From an uncultured Bacteroidaceae bacterium (GTDB taxonomy: Bacteria; Bacillota; Clostridia; Christensenellales; CAG-917): 46,523 nucleotides of DNA. The stretch is taken from NCBI GenBank assembly GCA_964367645.1, contig CAYIYN010000001.1, forward strand, positions 1-46,523. The letters are read 5' to 3'. Under the pieces are notes generated by a model. That model made no database searches. It had not been told where the DNA came from and was given only the letters and a program-made list of their open reading frames with translations. Position numbers and translations under genes: made by a program. This document shows, one piece after another, positions 1 to 7,834 of the stretch. Every line of letters starts with the position of its first letter. The first letter of the stretch is position 1.

Positions 1-74
1 ATATTATGATTTTGTAGTTATATTTAGGGAAATCGTGTCGAGAAATAAAAGACTTTGTAAAAAGACCAAAACCT

Positions 75-896
75 TCAAAAATTATGTGACAACTTAACGA
101 AATCATCAAGCGTCAGCGATTCTCCCCTAACCATCGGCGGCAGTCCCGCTGCACAAATCTTAATGTCGGCATCGACTTTGGAAAGCCCGAAAGACGCGCA
201 TAGATTATTATTCAAAGTTTTGCGCCGCATGGCAAAAGCGGAGCGCACAAGACGATGTATCAATGCTTTATTTTCGCCTTCCAATTTGTGTTCATCGATG
301 TCAATTCTGACCACCGCACTGTCCACGTTTGGAGATGGATAAAAACATTTTCTGTCGATTTTTCGGCAGATTTTTGCCTCTCCGCGGGATAAAATTGCAA
401 GCGTTATTGCCGAATATTCCGGTTTACCCGCTGTTGCCACAAGGCGGTCTGCGACTTCTCTTTGCACGGTAACGGTCAAAGAAACAACCTTTAAGTTGCT
501 CTCCAAAAAGCGCATTATGAGCGGAGTCGTTATATAATAGGGCAAATTTGCCACAACCTTAAACGCCGCATCGCCAACGATAGATTTAAACTCTTCATCG
601 GACATTTTCAGTACGTCACGAAAAATAATTTCTACGTTTTCAAAACCTTTAAGATTTTGTTCTGATACGGGCTGAAGATTTTTGTCGACTTCAAAAGAAA
701 ACACTTTCCCCGAATGCTCGGCTAAAGTCCGAGTTAGGGTGCCTGCCCCTGTGCCTATTTCAACAACCACGTCACCGGATTCTACCCCGCTGTCCGACAC
801 AATACCTTTCAGTAGATTCTCATCAAAAATAAAATTTTGACCAAGAGCCTTGTTAAAGCGGAAATTGGTGTCTTTTAGCAGCTCTGCAATTTTCAT
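75..896 (-). CDS. rsmA: 16S rRNA (adenine-N6,N6)-dimethyltransferase RsmA/KsgA
   Basis: 273-aa ORF. It has the N-terminal 'LGQNFI' motif and the SAM-binding 'VVEIGTGAGTLT' motif typical of KsgA/Erm methyltransferases. A purine-rich AAGGAAA lies upstream of the ATG at 896. Confidence 0.9.
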   Translation of the reverse strand: MKIAELLKDTNFRFNKALGQNFIFDENLLKGIVSDSGVESGDVVVEIGTGAGTLTRTLAEHSGKVFSFEVDKNLQPVSEQNLKGFENVEIIFRDVLKMSDEEFKSIVGDAAFKVVANLPYYITTPLIMRFLESNLKVVSLTVTVQREVADRLVATAGKPEYSAITLAILSRGEAKICRKIDRKCFYPSPNVDSAVVRIDIDEHKLEGENKALIHRLVRSAFAMRRKTLNNNLCASFGLSKVDADIKICAAGLPPMVRGESLTLDDFVKLSHNF

Positions 897-1178
897 TTAC
901 AAAATTTTCCTTTTTGCTACCGTATATTATTATGGCTTAGACACAGATTAACTGCGTACCTGATTGGCAAAAGCCGAAGGTGCACTGAAATCGGAACGCG
1001 GTATATTCTTCGTTCCCTTTTCTATTTATACGGACTTTGTCAATTACTTTACGACTTCCACCAACTGCGTACCGCTGTTTTCCTTCCGTATGGATTATCG
1101 TCAAATTCCCAAAATTTATGGATTGTTGCATTTTACGGCAAAAATGATGCGATAGAAATTTGCGAAAACTATTATATT

Positions 1179-1808
1179 TTAATACTCGTCGTCTTCGTGG
1201 ATAGTATCTCTCACTCTGAAATGCGCGCCGACTTCTTTTGCGATTTTGCGGCAGGCTTCGACCTCTTCTTCTCCGATAAAATCCACCACAGAAAGTGTGG
1301 TGTCAATTCCGTTTTCCACACATGCCTTTGCAAATTCCAAAATTGCGTCGTAGGCCTGTTCGCCGAATTTACTGCGGCAAATCTCTTGATATCCGGACGG
1401 AGTCGACGCGTTTAATGATATCGAAACCGCATCAATATACGGAGCGATCAACTTGGGAATGTCGTTTCTCTTGTTGATAAGCGCCGCCTGCCCGTTTGTA
1501 TTTATCCTCGTTTTGCACCCCATTCTTTTTAGATACGGCGCGACCTGGCTTAAAACAGGAAGAGCATACATCGGTTCTCCGAAACCGCAAAAGACAAGTT
1601 CTTTGTACTTTTTCAAGTTATAAGTCGAAAGGTCTTCCTTAACATCGTCAAAAGACGGCTCGCCATTTAGGCGCAAGTCGTTGTCGCCAACTCCTTTTTT
1701 GAAGTTGCGGATACAAAACTCGCAAGCATTTGAGCATCGATTGGTAAGGTTGATATAAAGGCTGTCACCAAACTCATAAACGTATGTCTTCATTTTTTCA
1801 CTTTCCAT
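1179..1808 (-). CDS. radical SAM protein, TatD-associated type
   Basis: 209-aa ORF with the canonical CxxxCxxC cluster motif 'CSNACEFC' near the N-terminus. It starts 11 nt after the tatD stop on the same strand. From memory it matches the TIGRFAMs 'TatD family-associated radical SAM' family. An alternative start is Met6 at 1793. Confidence 0.8.
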   Translation of the reverse strand: MESEKMKTYVYEFGDSLYINLTNRCSNACEFCIRNFKKGVGDNDLRLNGEPSFDDVKEDLSTYNLKKYKELVFCGFGEPMYALPVLSQVAPYLKRMGCKTRINTNGQAALINKRNDIPKLIAPYIDAVSISLNASTPSGYQEICRSKFGEQAYDAILEFAKACVENGIDTTLSVVDFIGEEEVEACRKIAKEVGAHFRVRDTIHEDDEY

Positions 1809-1819
1809 TGTTTATTCTA

Positions 1820-2593
1820 TCAAAATTGCCTCTTAAACAGCGATTTTGCATTTTTAGTTGTGATTTCTTCTAGGCTTTCTCTTTCAATTTCAAGCACCTG
1901 CGACGCCTTGTCGCAGACTAGATTGACCCATTTTGGGAAGTTGGTTTGCCCGCGATACGGCACGGGAGTCATATAAGGCGCATCTGTTTCAAGCAGCAAT
2001 CTGTCTTTGGGCACGCATAAAAGCGATTTGATATTATGCGTTGCGTTGTTGAACGTTATCGCTCCTCCAAAACTGAAATAAGCGTCTAGTTTTGAAAAGA
2101 TTTTTACGTATTCGGGCGAGCCTGAGTAGCAGTGAAGCAGAACTCCGTCAGCCAGCAGATTATGGTTTTCAAACAAGATTTTTCTTGCGTCTTCATACGC
2201 CTCGCGCACATGCAAAATTACGGGTTTTCCCAATGAGTGCGCAAGTTCCAACTGTTCAATAAACACACGTTTTTGTATATCGCGCGGTGAAAAATCATAA
2301 TGATAGTCAAGACCGATTTCACCGATAGCGACAACTTTTTCGTCTATTGCCATATCGCAAAAAAGGTCGTACATTTCATTTGTGGCATCTTTACTATCGT
2401 GCGGGTGCATACCGACAGCGGCATAAACGTTGGTAAAATCACGTGCCAACTCATAGCACTTATCGGAAGACTGCTCGTCATAGCCGACGGTTATAAGCGC
2501 ACTCAAACCGTCGGAGTGCATGTCATTAACGATGCTTTCTACGCTGTTTAATAGTCTTTCGTCGCTAAGATGGCAATGAGTATCAACAAGCAT
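1820..2593 (-). CDS. tatD: TatD family metal-dependent hydrolase/DNase
   Basis: The start was moved to the internal 'MLVDTHCHL' (a typical TatD N-terminus with the HxH metal motif). ATG 2593..2591 overlaps the metG stop as TAATG. The ORF-track start at 2698 would overlap 105 nt of metG. Confidence 0.9.
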   Translation of the reverse strand: MLVDTHCHLSDERLLNSVESIVNDMHSDGLSALITVGYDEQSSDKCYELARDFTNVYAAVGMHPHDSKDATNEMYDLFCDMAIDEKVVAIGEIGLDYHYDFSPRDIQKRVFIEQLELAHSLGKPVILHVREAYEDARKILFENHNLLADGVLLHCYSGSPEYVKIFSKLDAYFSFGGAITFNNATHNIKSLLCVPKDRLLLETDAPYMTPVPYRGQTNFPKWVNLVCDKASQVLEIERESLEEITTKNAKSLFKRQF

Positions 2594-4524
2594 TATCTCA
2601 CCGTAGAACCGTTTTCGATTTTCTTTTCTGGTGATACCAACACAACCTCGGTATCGTTGCTGGCACAAAGGAGCATTCCTTGGCTCTCTATGCCGCAAAG
2701 CATAGCAGGTTTCAAATTTGAAACTATGACAACCGATTTGCCGACCATTTCCTCGGGAGTATAGTACTGCGCAATACCGCTTACAATAGTGCGTGTTTCC
2801 TCACCGATTTTTACAGTGGATTTAAGCAATTTTTTGGCTTTTGCTACTTTTTCGCAAGCCAAAACTTCGCCGACTTTCAGTTGAATTTTGGCAAAGTCGT
2901 CTATCGTAATCTCACCGATATCAACCACGTTTTCAACTTTAATCGGCGCCTTGCGGCTGTTATACATTGCATCCACTTTCTCCGCGATTTCTTTGCCGTC
3001 AAATCTTGCAAACAGTTTTTCGGGTGAAGATGTCACTTTTGTGCCGCTTTTTAGCAGTCCAAACTTTTCTATATCGGAATAACATCTTGCCTTTGAACCA
3101 AACATTTCAAGAGTTTTTAGAGCAGTGCTTGGCATAAACGGCTCTAAAAGCGAAGTTGCGATAACAACAGTTTCGGACAAATTGTAGAGCACCGTTGCAA
3201 GCCTGTCTTTATTCGCCTCGTCACGCGCCAGCGCCCAAGGTGCAGTTTCGTCGATATATTTGTTTGCACGGCGGAAGATTGCAAACACTTCCGTCAAAGC
3301 ATCGGCAATACGGAAACCGTCCATCTTGGCTTTGACTTTCTGATATGCGCCTGCCGCCATTACTTTTAGTTCTTCGTCAACAGGTTCGCTAACGCCTTGA
3401 TTTGACACCACACCATCGAAATACTTGTTGAGCATCGCCAGTGTGCGGCTTACCAAATTGCCGAACACGTTGGCGAGGTCGCTATTTATCGTTTCGGTGA
3501 CCAAATCCCAGTTTATTACTCCGTCATTGTCAAAAGGCATTTGCGAAAGCAGAAAATATCTGACTGCATCCACACCGTAAAACGACACCATATCGTCGGC
3601 GTATATCACGTTTCCTCGGCTCTTTGACATCTTGCCGCCGTCTTGTAACAACCACGGATGCCCAAAAACCTGTTTGGGGAGCGGGATGCCCAACGCCATC
3701 AAAAAAATAGGCCAGTAAATTGTGTGAAAACGAACTATATCTTTGCCGATAACGTGTACATTTGCCGGCCAGTATTTTGTGAACAGTTCGCCGTTTTCGC
3801 CGTCAACGTCGTAATAAATGCCTGTGATATAGTTCGAAAGTGCGTCAAGCCAGACATACACGACGTGCTTATCGTCAAAATCAACCAGTATACCCCACTT
3901 GAACGACGTGCGAGAAACGCATAGGTCTTGCAAACCGGGCTTAAGAAAGTTGTTGACCATTTCGTTTTTTCTGGACAACGGCAAAATAAAATCGGGATTG
4001 TCTTCATAATATTTGAGCAACTTGTCGGCATATTTGCTCATACGGAAGAAATACGCCTCTTCTTCTGCCAAATGCACTTCTCTGTGGCAATCCGGGCATT
4101 TCCCGTCAATAAGTTGGCTCTCCGTCCAAAAAGATTCGCAAGGCGTGCAATACCAGCCGTGATATGAGCCTTTGTAAATATCATCCTGCTCATAAAACTT
4201 TTTGAACATTTTTTGGATTTGTTTTTCGTGATACGGTTCCGTTGTGCGGATAAAGCGATCGTAGGAAGTGTCCATCAAATCCCAAATACGCTTTATCTCC
4301 GAGGCTATTTCGTCCACAAATTTTTGGGGTGTTTTTCCTGCAGCCTGCGCTTTTTGCTCTATCTTTTCACCATGTTCGTCAGTACCCGTTTGAAAAAAAA
4401 CGTCATAACCTTGTTTGCGTTTAAAGCGTGCAAGCGCGTCTGTCAAAACTATCTCGTACGTGTTGCCGATATGCGGCTTGCCCGATGTGTAAGTTATTGC
4501 GGTGGTAATATAAAACTTTTCCAT
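2593..4524 (-). CDS. metG: methionine--tRNA ligase with C-terminal tRNA-binding domain
   Basis: 643 aa. It has the class-I HIGH motif 'GKPHIGNTYE', the KMSKS motif 'GGKMSKSRGN', and Zn-knuckle cysteines 'CTPCES...CPDCHRE'. The C-terminus has a Trbp111/EMAP-like OB-fold segment ('KVGEVLACEKV...IVSGIAQYY'). Confidence 0.95.
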   Translation of the reverse strand: MEKFYITTAITYTSGKPHIGNTYEIVLTDALARFKRKQGYDVFFQTGTDEHGEKIEQKAQAAGKTPQKFVDEIASEIKRIWDLMDTSYDRFIRTTEPYHEKQIQKMFKKFYEQDDIYKGSYHGWYCTPCESFWTESQLIDGKCPDCHREVHLAEEEAYFFRMSKYADKLLKYYEDNPDFILPLSRKNEMVNNFLKPGLQDLCVSRTSFKWGILVDFDDKHVVYVWLDALSNYITGIYYDVDGENGELFTKYWPANVHVIGKDIVRFHTIYWPIFLMALGIPLPKQVFGHPWLLQDGGKMSKSRGNVIYADDMVSFYGVDAVRYFLLSQMPFDNDGVINWDLVTETINSDLANVFGNLVSRTLAMLNKYFDGVVSNQGVSEPVDEELKVMAAGAYQKVKAKMDGFRIADALTEVFAIFRRANKYIDETAPWALARDEANKDRLATVLYNLSETVVIATSLLEPFMPSTALKTLEMFGSKARCYSDIEKFGLLKSGTKVTSSPEKLFARFDGKEIAEKVDAMYNSRKAPIKVENVVDIGEITIDDFAKIQLKVGEVLACEKVAKAKKLLKSTVKIGEETRTIVSGIAQYYTPEEMVGKSVVIVSNLKPAMLCGIESQGMLLCASNDTEVVLVSPEKKIENGSTVR

Positions 4525-4647
4525 AAAACCTCTTTTGGCGGCGCGAATGGAACGCCGTCATACTTGATTTAATTATTATACAACCAAACGGTATGTTTGT
4601 AAACGGAATTAAGGCATAGCCTCTCTGACGAAGACGTAAAATAGTGT

Positions 4648-5214
4648 GTGAACATAGCTTTTACCGCATTGAGTTTAATATCGCTTATTCTTCTTTTCGT
4701 GTCGTCGCCCGAAACGGCTTTTCCTGCAATGATAGAAGGAGTGCGCGGCGCAATCACACTCATTTTGAAACTGCTGGCAATATACGCGGTTTGGCTTTCC
4801 GTGCTTAAAATGATGCAAGCTACCAATCTTGACAAAAAACTCTCACGCGCTATGAGCCCCATAATCAGGCGAATTTTCAAAAACGAAAGCGAAGAGTCAT
4901 ACAGTTGGATAACCGTGAATCTTGCAAGCAATATGCTTGGTATGGGCGGCGCCAGCACACCCGCGGGCATAGAGGCTATGGCATCAATGAGTCCAATGGA
5001 AGGGGTGGCAAGCGACAATATGCTGCTTTTGCTCGTTATTAACGCCACGTCAATTCAACTTATCCCTGCGACGGTTATTGCACTTAGAGCAACGGCAGGC
5101 AGTTCAAATGCCGCGTCTATATTCTTTCCTTCATTGATTGCTTCCACCATTGCCACATTGACAGGCTGTATTCTGTGCAAGTTGTTTGCAAAAAAAGGCA
5201 AGTCTGAAAAATGA
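4648..5214 (+). CDS. spmA: spore maturation protein A (nucleoside-recognition/Gate domain membrane protein)
   Basis: 188-aa polytopic membrane ORF with a GTG start. Its size, hydrophobic profile and ATGA-overlapped pairing with a second, similar ~170-aa membrane ORF match the SpmA/SpmB pair of spore-forming Firmicutes. Confidence 0.7.
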   Translation: MNIAFTALSLISLILLFVSSPETAFPAMIEGVRGAITLILKLLAIYAVWLSVLKMMQATNLDKKLSRAMSPIIRRIFKNESEESYSWITVNLASNMLGMGGASTPAGIEAMASMSPMEGVASDNMLLLLVINATSIQLIPATVIALRATAGSSNAASIFFPSLIASTIATLTGCILCKLFAKKGKSEK

Positions 5215-5717
5215 GCGTTTATCTTTTGCCGATTCTAATGATAATTATGTTCGTATACTGCCTTGTCAAACGGGTGAAAGTATATGATTGTTTTTTGGAC
5301 GGAGCACGCGACAGTCTTGACCTTGTCAAAACAATTTTCCCGTATATCGCCGCAATTTATGTGTGCCTTGAATTGTTTAAGCAAAGCGGATTAAGTCACA
5401 TCGTTTCAGGCTGGCTCTCCGTGCCTTTTTCATACCTTGGAATACCGACAGAAATCACGGAACTAATACTGCTTGTGCCTATATCGGGAAACGGAACTAT
5501 TGCTCTTCTAGAACAGATTATCGAAGAGCACGGAGTGGACAGTTATCCCGCACGCTGCGCCGCTACGATTGCAGGCGCAACAGAAACAATTTTTTACATA
5601 TCGGCAGTTTATTTCTCGAAATGCAAGGTAAAAAACCTTCGTTATGCAATTCCCGTTTCTCTTTTCTCTTCGCTGTTCGGCAACGTTGTCGCATGTTTGC
5701 TCTGCAAAATAATGTAA
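5211..5717 (+). CDS. spmB: spore maturation protein B
   Basis: 168-aa membrane ORF. Its ATG at 5211 overlaps the spmA stop (ATGA), which suggests translational coupling. It looks like a Gate-domain protein. Confidence 0.7.
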   Translation: MSVYLLPILMIIMFVYCLVKRVKVYDCFLDGARDSLDLVKTIFPYIAAIYVCLELFKQSGLSHIVSGWLSVPFSYLGIPTEITELILLVPISGNGTIALLEQIIEEHGVDSYPARCAATIAGATETIFYISAVYFSKCKVKNLRYAIPVSLFSSLFGNVVACLLCKIM

Positions 5718-5730
5718 TTTTTATTATAAT

Positions 5731-5798
5731 TTTGCATGATTTGTGGCTAATAGCAATGCTGATTTTTGCATGATTTGTGGCTAATAGCAATGCTGATT
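5731..5798. repeat. perfect 34-bp tandem duplication (tttgcatgatttgtggctaatagcaatgctgatt x2, plus a partial third copy tttgc)
   Basis: Read directly: 5731..5764 is identical to 5765..5798. It lies 14 nt downstream of the spmB stop in an intergenic region. Confidence 0.9.
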
Positions 5799-5882
5799 TT
5801 TGCCTATAACGCCGATATTATTTGGGCAAATATTATACTGTTTGTGTCAAATTCTATTCTGTTTTTTTCGCACAAAAAACCA

Positions 5883-5912
5883 AAAAGCACCTTTTTCAAG
5901 GTGCTTTTGCTT
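5883..5912. terminator. bidirectional rho-independent terminator between convergent spmB and the XRE-cupin gene
   Basis: Hairpin AAAAGCACC-tttttcaa-GGTGCTTTT, flanked by an A-run on the left and a T-run on the right. Confidence 0.7.
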
Positions 5913-5946
5913 CGGTTTAAGACAAGAAAACTATGTGATATTTGTT

Positions 5947-6498
5947 TTACTCGTTGATAATTGTCAAGAACTTTGCGGGATTTCCACCCATTGCAAGTTG
6001 CACGTGCGAGAATGACGGGTCAAAATAAATACTGTCGCCTGTACGCAAAAAATAGTCGACGTTGTCAACGATGACTCTAAGTTCGCCTTCCAAAACATAG
6101 TTGAATTCTTGCCCGCCGTGCACCACAAGTTCAGGAGTGTCTGTGGGTGCGATGGTGACAAGCATAGGATTCATAGTCTTGTTTTTAAACTCGTTTGCAA
6201 GCGAAGTGAACGAATATCCTTCGTAGCGCTTTATGGACGCTCCTTTGCCGTCGTAGACAACAAAAACCTTGTCCTTATCGGGCAAATTGCCGGTGATTAC
6301 GTATCCCGGTTCCGTCTTCAATATGGACGCAAAGTGGTAAATAACGTTTATCGGCACTTCCTTTTCGCCGTTTTCATATTCGACATATTCTTTTTCATCA
6401 ATGGACAGAAGCGCCGCCATCTCTTTTTGGGAATAATCGGAAAAGGTTCGCAGTTCGATAAGACGTTTTGCGATGGCCAGTATGTCAGTGGTGTGCAT
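5947..6498 (-). CDS. XRE-family HTH transcriptional regulator with C-terminal cupin domain
   Basis: 183 aa. The N-terminus has a Cro/C1-type HTH ('IAKRLIELRTFSDYSQKEMAALLSIDEKEYVEYENGEKEVPINVIYHFASIL'). The C-terminus has a cupin_2-like barrel ('HGGQEFNYVLEGELRV...GDSIYFDPSFSH'). Confidence 0.85.
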   Translation of the reverse strand: MHTTDILAIAKRLIELRTFSDYSQKEMAALLSIDEKEYVEYENGEKEVPINVIYHFASILKTEPGYVITGNLPDKDKVFVVYDGKGASIKRYEGYSFTSLANEFKNKTMNPMLVTIAPTDTPELVVHGGQEFNYVLEGELRVIVDNVDYFLRTGDSIYFDPSFSHVQLAMGGNPAKFLTIINE

Positions 6499-6515
6499 AA
6501 ACCCTCCTTCGGGCT

Positions 6516-6713
6516 TTATTTTGCCGCTTCGTTTAGTTTTGAAATCAAATCGTTGAGGTCAAGGTCGTGTACGACAGCCGCCTCTTCTATGGTTTCGTTG
6601 TGTGCGAGTGCGCAACCAAGACAATGCAGTCCGCTGTCTGTCAAAATTTTAGCAAGTTTTTCTGCATCTCCATGTTGAAGCACGTCAATTATAAGCATGT
6701 CCTTTGTTATCAT
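6516..6713 (-). CDS. DUF1858 / hybrid-cluster-protein-associated redox disulfide domain protein
   Basis: 65 aa with an 'HCLGC' CxxC motif in the characteristic 'GLHCLGCALAHNETIEEAA..H..D...L...LN' context. A strong GGAGG sits 8 nt upstream of the ATG at 6713. It lies 17 nt upstream of the XRE-cupin gene. Confidence 0.75.
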   Translation of the reverse strand: MITKDMLIIDVLQHGDAEKLAKILTDSGLHCLGCALAHNETIEEAAVVHDLDLNDLISKLNEAAK

Positions 6714-6772
6714 ATTTACCTCCGTGGCGGCTAGCCGCCGATTATTATTTATTTTGTTTTTACAAATGCTTA

Positions 6773-7831
6773 CTATGTAAAAAGGTTGCTGTTTATCACG
6801 AAATACGCTATCACCGCAATAATTCCCAGTGCAAACATAATGGTAGCACCCACACGTAGCGGCGAAACGGGATAATCGCCCGTTGACACGCCGGTGCGAC
6901 CGTTTACGATAAAGCGATACATCTTCTCTCGGTACTTATATCCGCAAACCCAAAGGGGCACCAACATATAGTTGAAACGCGTATTTATAAAATGTGGGTC
7001 TACTCTTAGATAATCCACAACGTCATAGTGATATCCGCTCAAGATTCCGCTTTTTATCTGTGCAATAATCTGTTCTTTTGCTATACTGAACGAATCGTCA
7101 AGTCCCGTGTCGTAACGCTCCGAACTAAACCCCGCAAGATACTCTTTTTTGTATTCTTCAATATTTTCAATATCGAAAGGCAATATTTTGGTCATTTCCT
7201 TTTGATTAAGTTGACGGCTTGCCTCCACAACTACGTTGCAGAAATAACGATTGTAGTTGCCGCTGACCATAAACCAACGCGTGCGGCGCTCCTGATGTCG
7301 GTTCTGACCGCTGCCTACGGTGACGTAATAGTATTCGCCCAAACGTCCTTCGTATGCAGTGACAGAGTCGGTATCAAACTTAAACGATGGCACGTATACA
7401 CCGCTGAAACGGTCTGCCACAAAAGTCTTTTTTGCCTTCGTAGGCGCATAAACGCGCCTTTTTATCCACTTTTTGCCCGCTTCAAGTGCTTTTTCGCGCG
7501 AAAGGGCAAAAGGAAGAATACTGTCGGGCTTCAGCCCTAAAATATTTTCACGCTTGACAATATTTGTAGCCCCGCAAAAAGGACAAGCGGCAGCAGTTGT
7601 AAATTCTTCGAGCTCAACCTCTCCGCTGCAATTTGGGCATGTATACGTCGCTCCCCCTAAGACCACTCCCCCTGCGCTCTTTTCTTTATAGAAATCTCTT
7701 GAAAGAGTGCGGATTTTTTGGACGGTTTTTATGCTGTCACAATACGGACAACGAAGCGCACCCATATTCGGGTCGAAAATCATATCCGCACCGCAACTGG
7801 CACATTTAATTACGGATACTTCTTCCGACAT
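6773..7831 (-). CDS. zinc-ribbon membrane-anchored protein (YdjG-like)
   Basis: 352 aa. It has two N-terminal Cys4 ribbons ('CASCG...CPYCDS' and 'CPNCSG...CPFCGA') and one C-terminal TM helix ('GATIMFALGIIAVIAYFVI'). It starts 3 nt after the stop of the upstream SPFH gene. The pairing recalls B. subtilis ydjG/ydjI (from memory). Confidence 0.6.
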   Translation of the reverse strand: MSEEVSVIKCASCGADMIFDPNMGALRCPYCDSIKTVQKIRTLSRDFYKEKSAGGVVLGGATYTCPNCSGEVELEEFTTAAACPFCGATNIVKRENILGLKPDSILPFALSREKALEAGKKWIKRRVYAPTKAKKTFVADRFSGVYVPSFKFDTDSVTAYEGRLGEYYYVTVGSGQNRHQERRTRWFMVSGNYNRYFCNVVVEASRQLNQKEMTKILPFDIENIEEYKKEYLAGFSSERYDTGLDDSFSIAKEQIIAQIKSGILSGYHYDVVDYLRVDPHFINTRFNYMLVPLWVCGYKYREKMYRFIVNGRTGVSTGDYPVSPLRVGATIMFALGIIAVIAYFVINSNLFT

Positions 7832-7834
7832 ATA

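Noticed and set aside
937-1155. Two overlapping ~64-aa ORFs on opposite strands in the rSAM-rsmA spacer.
   Set aside because: They have no SD, they are mutually exclusive, and their sequences are unremarkable. The region is treated as non-coding (see the finding on a possible leader or sRNA).
2594-2698. The N-terminal extension of tatD (MRHREPRN...), and similar extensions of the GH20 gene (39187..39264) and the GH127-like gene (43475..43687).
   Set aside because: The extensions overlap upstream genes or divergent promoters and lack an SD. Each internal ATG has a good SD or a coupled TAATG and gives a family-typical N-terminus.
4525-4647. A T-box leader upstream of metG.
   Set aside because: The intergenic region is only ~120 nt and is shared with divergent spmA. 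No specifier-loop/T-box 'GGUGGUACCGCG'-type sequence is visible, only a short imperfect hairpin (about 4540-4560).
4569-5048. A 159-aa minus-strand ORF.
   Set aside because: It is antisense to spmA, which has a coherent TM profile and an operon partner. The translation is Ser/Ile-rich with no recognisable features.
5731-5798. The tandem repeats here and at 44844..44933 considered as CRISPR arrays.
   Set aside because: The repeats are directly adjacent with no unique spacers, there are only 2 and 6 copies, and no cas genes are present.
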